DNA of 64,000 nt, from assembly GCF_964213995.1 (NCBI RefSeq), contig NC_135825.1, positions 12,152,001 to 12,216,000 on the forward strand. Direction: 5' to 3'. The stretch is from Mustelus asterias. Its lineage: Eukaryota. The notes below the pieces were generated by a model. It saw only the letters and a program-made list of their open reading frames with translations. It searched no databases and had not been told where the DNA came from. Below are positions 60,270-64,000 of this stretch, piece by piece. The position numbers and the translations under genes are program-made. Positions within the stretch are counted from its first letter, which is position 1, and the number at the start of each line of letters is the position of its first letter.

Positions 60270-63200
60270 CTGGAAGAAATACAGAATGATTTGAAGGGAA
60301 TGAGGCAGCTTCGTGTTTGAAACATTAATCTCCTCTTTACACTGTGACCTATTGTAGCAACGTCGCACAGACAAGGCACGTTAGCTGGAGCAATCAACTA
60401 AAGTTTCACTGATCAACTTCATGATCATTAGATACAGATCAAATGGAGCTGGTTTCATTAACTTTCCTCAGTATATCTGTAATGCTGAGTAAAATCTTAG
60501 AAGTAAGAATGTTATGAATTGACTGGTCATTGGGACAGAAACATTGTCTGGTGCAACATAACATTGGTGAGATATCTGTTCAGTGAGTAAGAAACTTCCA
60601 ATAACATCATCCCACACTGTTCCAAAGTAGAATCATATTCCACTCAATATCAACTCTGCTCCTCTCTCCACAGATGCTGCCGGACCTGCTGAGTTTTCCC
60701 AGCACTTTCTGTTTTCATCATCCCACAATTCCCTGGTGCACCTCCTGACAGGAAATTCGGAACCAGCCGGAAGCAGATGGCCTCAGTTTGGGAACAATGT
60801 ATTAAACTGGGCAACTGAGAAGGAGAAGATGACAGTGAATGCAATGTTCCTGTCAGCGATACTCCAGAACACACCGGGTTAAGGGAATCTGGTATCGCTG
60901 GAGTGTGACAAGCACAACTCCATGAGATTGGGTTCACGGTGAAGTGATTAACATGAATAATGAAAACTGCAACATCTAAGGTGTGGCAAACAGAGAAAGC
61001 TCACTTCTTAGTCTGAATTTCCACTGACAGAAACAGCAACTTTGTTAGGAAGCAACACAATAGCATTATGTAAACACAGCTACCGGGTGGGATGGTGAGC
61101 CCGGGTTGGGGGACCACAGGAATGCTGATGGGGATTCAATATCTGGCAAAACCTGGAAGGCGCAGGCGACTTCATCAGATTCACGGCCATAGTGGGCAAG
61201 AACCTGATTTACATACATTTTAATATATTTCCATATCATTAAAGACCCCCCCACTCCCCAGATATTGAGCCCTCGCTGTGTTTTCAAACCGGGGCAACGT
61301 GACATCACATTGGTGCATTTTACATCAGGTTCACCTGGACATGATGGGGAACCCCCTTCCTGGGCAAGAGGGATATGGTCAGGCAGTGGCCTGGCAATGC
61401 CCTCTGGCACTCTCCCTTGGCGCAGGTTGGCACTGCCAAGTTGGCACCATGCCACCCCAACATTGCCAACCTGGTAGTGCCAACCTGTACCAGTGGCAGT
61501 TCCGGGGTGGACCTCAGTGGGAGTCTGATGGGGGAGGGGTTATTCATTTACAAGTGAGGGTGGGCCGGAGCGGACAGGGGAGCTGGAGCAGCCGTTTGTG
61601 GGAAGGGGCTGGGTTTGTCGGCAATGGCTGTGTGGGTGGAGGGTTGGAGGGAAGGGCTCCAATGTTCGGGGGGAAGGGGGGTGGTGCCAGCACTGACTGC
61701 TGGAGGGGGGGAAAGGTCTGATATTCGGGGGAGGGGTTTGGTGTCAGCACTGACTGCTGAGGGGTGATGTGGGGGGAGAATTGCTGGCTCATAATAGGAA
61801 GATGCCCCGACTCTGACCGGGGTGTGGTGGGATTTGGGGGGAGCCCCTGAGAGCTCTGTGGTGGGTGGGGGGGAGGTTACATTTAGTTTTGATTGGGCCG
61901 CCATGTTTGTGCACTGTCAGCTTACTGCAGCCAGGATTTGCTGGTGTATCGAGGCCCCGCCCCCTACATGACGATGTGAAGCACGCCCAGCTGTTTTTTT
62001 TGTGACAGAGTGTGGTAAGTTCTGGAGAGAAAGACAACCTGCTTCGAGCCAGAACCAACAGTTTTCAGTAAGATTTCCCTAATATTGTGTTTTATGTTTA
62101 CGGGGGCTGTTTACAGATTCAGCTTTATTCTGGAGGCAGTCGGTGTATCAGTAAAACATTCAGTTCAGATGCTGGGAGAGCAGGATAATGGCTCATTTTA
62201 GCCATGGAGGGGGGAAGCTAAGCAAAAAATGACTGTTGTTTCCGGTGAGAAAACCGACAGGTGTCTCTCCAGAGAAACAGGTTAGATTTCTGTGCAGATC
62301 TTTGACTGAGAGAGGAAACCGGAGCACACGGAGGAAACTCACGTAGGTTCAGAGAATGTGCAGACTCCAGGCAGACAGTCACCCAAGGCCAGAATTGAAC
62401 TTGGATCCCTCGTGCTGCGAGGCAGCACTGCTAACCACAGTGCCTCTGTGTCACCTGTTGTCATCCTATTGTTAGATCAAAATCCAGGAATTTCTTACCA
62501 CTCACTTTTCGTCCATGCCACACCAATCTGACCTGTGTCACACAACTGCAGTTCTCCCCTGATCTGATGATCACTGACACTGGAACCATTTCTGGGACCT
62601 GTGGACATTCACTCCAAGGATTTTCAAATCCTCCACATACCCCAGTATCCTCCCATTTATTATCTCACCATTTGCTTTGTTTGACCTGCTCAAATGCATC
62701 ACCTCACACTTCTCTGGGTTGAATTCCATTTGCCACTTTTCTGCCCACCTGACCAGTCCATTGATATCTTCCTGCAACCGATAGCAATCCTCCTCGCTAT
62801 CTACTGCATTAGTAATTTTCATTACATTCCATCTAAATCATTAATATATGCCAGAAAAAACAGGGGACCGAGCACTGAGCATTGGAAACAGCCTTCCAGT
62901 CACAAAAACAGCCATCAACAATCATCCTTTGTTTCCTGCCACAATTAATTCTTGGCCATTTGTTTACGGAAGTGGGTTTTGAAATTATACAGCACTTTTC
63001 ATGGCCTTTGGATGGCCTAAAGAATTTTATAATCTGGGAAGTATTTTTAAACAACCGCCACTGTTGTGATATGGGAGATGTGGCAACCAATTTGCACACA
63101 GCAAAATCTCAGAAACAGCAGTGAACTTTGACCAGATCAATATTGGCCATTTCTTCAGAGATCTCCTTGTCTGCTTTTTCTGTAGATAAGAAGTGACCTG

Positions 63201-64000
63201 CTGCGTATTTCCAGCAGCTTTTTCATCATTTTGATGTTTAGTTGGTATTTTTTCCTCATCACCATTGTAACCTCCGTGTTTACATTGGACAACAATTTCT
63301 GCTCTTTCTGTGTGTCCCAACTATGTTAGGGGTAGTGGGTTTTAACAGAAAAAGAAAATACTTGGTTTGCACACGTAGATTCAAGCAAGCACAAACCAGG
63401 TTTTATTGATGAGCTGCTCTCTGCACTGCATCAAGTACAAAACTGACAGTCACACAGCAGCCTGAGCACGCACCCTAATGACATCACATCAAATCAACCC
63501 ATTTTAAAACTCACACCTTCATGATGAAGCGAACACAACAACATCCCGCCAAGGTTTCTGATCTGAGAGTTATTGAAAAATGATGCCCAGTCTCCCCGAT
63601 CGTCAGAGACTGGACATATGACCCAAGATGTGTGTCAGGACCCTGCAGATGACCCAACATGATGATCTCCATGGGAATTGCCTGGGACATTGGAACTTCC
63701 AACGGACAGTTCTGCTGTACCCTGGGTCCCTCTGTGAAAATCTTCAGCTCTGGGTAAGAGTCAGACACTTCAAACAATTCCATGGGGCTTAACTGGATAG
63801 TTACCCAGGAAATGTTAGACTGAAAGAATCAAGTTTAATTCCTGGGTAATCACAGAACTGACCCCCGAATAATCACACTGACCCCCTGGAGTCCCCCCAA
63901 TCCTCTGATTAACCCCCTGACACACCAACTATCACCCCACACTCCGCCAATTCCACCTGATCTTGTGACTATGCCACAACCTGAGCCAATCCGATTATTC

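Larger units (their letters stand above)
36589..64000 (+). repeat. Segmental tandem duplication, copy 2 (matches 1-26708)
   Basis: Colinear near-identity with 1-26708, including genes, LINEs, SINEs and the LTR element. Confidence 0.98.

Overview
Vertebrate genomic DNA, most likely from a cartilaginous fish (shark), judged from the CR1 LINEs with microsatellite tails, HE1/V-SINE- and Deu-SINE-like elements and Penelope-like elements. The window covers about 1.7 units of a ~36.6-37.3 kb tandem segmental duplication: 1-26708 matches 36589-64000. Each unit carries one minus-strand immunoglobulin-superfamily receptor gene of the CD300/pIgR/MDIR-like type. Gene B is complete by my hand-built splice model (47389->19655, 8 coding exons, ~551 aa): leader, V1, C2, V2, C2, stalk, a TM segment with an N-x-x-R motif, and a short ITIM-less tail. 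Gene A (leader and V1) runs off the left edge; gene C (TM and tail) enters from the right edge. The V1-C2 intron holds an intact-ORF Ty3/Gypsy LTR retrotransposon (296-bp LTRs, 5-bp TSD GTTTC, one 1349-aa gag-pol ORF). It lacks a tRNA PBS, has instead a perfect 15-bp LTR-complementary segment (candidate self-priming), and has a YLDN RT motif. In the last intron, paralogues B and C carry different Penelope-like insertions at the same nucleotide, one with an intact minimal hammerhead core. All exon models and family assignments were read by eye; no database searches were run.
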